Notes under the pieces: generated by a model
Told to the model about the DNA's origin: nothing
Database searches by the model: none
Seen by the model: only the letters and a program-made list of their open reading frames with translations
Made by a program: the position numbers and the translations under genes
From: Octopus bimaculoides
Taxonomy: Eukaryota
Assembly (NCBI RefSeq): GCF_001194135.2
Contig: NC_068981.1
Coordinates: 58,444,439-58,480,703, forward strand
Direction of reading: 5' to 3'
DNA length: 36,265 bases
Shown: positions 35,072 through 36,265 of the stretch, one piece after another
Layout: each line of letters opens with the position of its first letter
Numbering within the stretch: position 1 is the first letter of the stretch

Positions 35072-35218
35072 CAGACATAGCTCGCTCCGGCCAGTCATGG
35101 TATTAGCTGTCAGTAGCCAAAGAATCGACAGGCCAGCAACAGGCAGGCAGACAGACAGACAGATACTTCACTAGCAGTGAGCACTTTCACTTCTGACAGC
35201 TAATAGCATGATAGTGCC
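34589..35218. mobile_element. Non-autonomous Merlin-type DNA transposon (MITE), 630 bp
   Basis: TIRs 34589-34726 and 35077-35218 (about 140 bp, nearly identical, beginning GGCAC); perfect 8-bp TSD GAACTTTC at 34581-34588 and 35219-35226; no ORF. Confidence 0.88.
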
Positions 35219-35878
35219 GAACTTTCAATACTTCTCAAGACTTGAAAACGAAAGAGTGTAGTGAAAAATATGTAGTAAAAGGTTACAATACCTTTTGATG
35301 ATTGTCCAGCAAAGCCAAAACAAGATGATTAACAAAAGAATGTATCACTTAAGATAGACAATTCTTTCGTTATAGAATATTACATTGTCATCTTTCCAAA
35401 TCACTTTTCAATTTGTATTTAGTGTAATCTCTTCCACTTTTCTAATTCCACATGTAAAAGCAGCTAATCTTAAATAACATAAAAGCACAGTATTCTTTTT
35501 AACTGCTACTTCAAATAAGTATTTTTTTCCTTGTATGTATATTTTCATTTTATATGCATGTCCACAAGTAGTAGCAATATTGAATTTAAAAAAGTGGCCA
35601 AAGTTGTTGATGGTAGATAATCTTGTGAGCGTCTACTAAGTCATACTCCAGTAAAACTTCCAGGAGTTATACATCAATGGGTATGAACTAATGAGTGTTC
35701 CCTCAGATCATATGTCACTGTTTAAAAAGAGGGAAGTACACACATTAGATAATTAATGTTGTCCTATATATTTCCCAAAAATGTAGAGGATGCTATGGTT
35801 GGAATACCTTTGATCATCAGTTTTTCCCATCAATTTGAACCTAGAGCTAAACAACAACATTAGTGCACAATAAGCAAT

Positions 35879-36265
35879 AAAGCAATTAAGAGTATGAAGA
35901 CCGGGAAAGCCCCCGGCCCATCAGGAATCACTGCAGAGATGCTCAAAATATCTGGCAGTGTTGGCTATAGCCTAGTCACCCGTATTACGAACCAGGTGAT
36001 ACACGAAGGAGTCATACCCAATGACTGGTGTAGCAGCATCATAGTCAACTGCTACAAAGGTAAAGGTGACGCTTTAGATACAAATAATTACAGAGGCATC
36101 AAGCTGCTAGATCAGGTTATGAAAGTTACAGAGAGGGTCATAGCCCAACTAATTAGGGAGCGAATCAATTTAGATGAGATGCAGTTTGGGTTCGTGCCAG
36201 GTAAAAGCACTACTGATGCCTTATTTCTAGTGAGACAGTTGCAGGAGAAATACCTAGCTAAGGAT
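35879..36265 (+). mobile_element. RTE LINE reverse transcriptase, open frame to the window end
   Basis: KAIKSMKTGKAPGPSGITAEMLK...IPNDWCSSIIVNCYKGKGDALDTNNYRGIKLLDQVMKVTERVI...QFGFVPGKSTTDALFLVRQLQEKYLAKD, with no stop in 129 codons. Confidence 0.92.

Overview
Eukaryotic, AT-rich, repeat-dense genomic DNA with four N-gaps (8370-8499, 13589-13663, 18375-18445, 28770-28922). The (TA/TG)n microsatellites, RTE LINEs, tRNA-SINEs and mariners resemble octopus (coleoid cephalopod) DNA; this taxon call is inference. Positions 1148-25282 (+) hold the 3' 26 coding exons of the transcription elongation factor / histone chaperone SPT6 (SUPT6H). I traced every GT-AG junction by hand: they splice into one open frame of 3730 nt (about 1242 aa, ending ...GDATPLIDER*), and the 5' exons lie outside the window. 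The introns carry Penelope, Helitron, RTE, mariner (DD34D and DD37D), SINE and MITE relics, plus two 94%-identical 102-nt elements in different introns that no transposon explains (candidate intronic small RNAs). Downstream (26.7-36.3 kb) is a nested transposon stack: RTE 3' ends with modular, apparently structured 3' UTRs; a solo LTR with a 4-bp TSD inside one of them; two related LTRs (one preceded by a polypurine tract); an internally deleted mariner; a CR1 end; a Merlin-type MITE with a perfect 8-bp TSD; and an open RTE RT frame running off the window. No prokaryotic system or CRISPR array is present.
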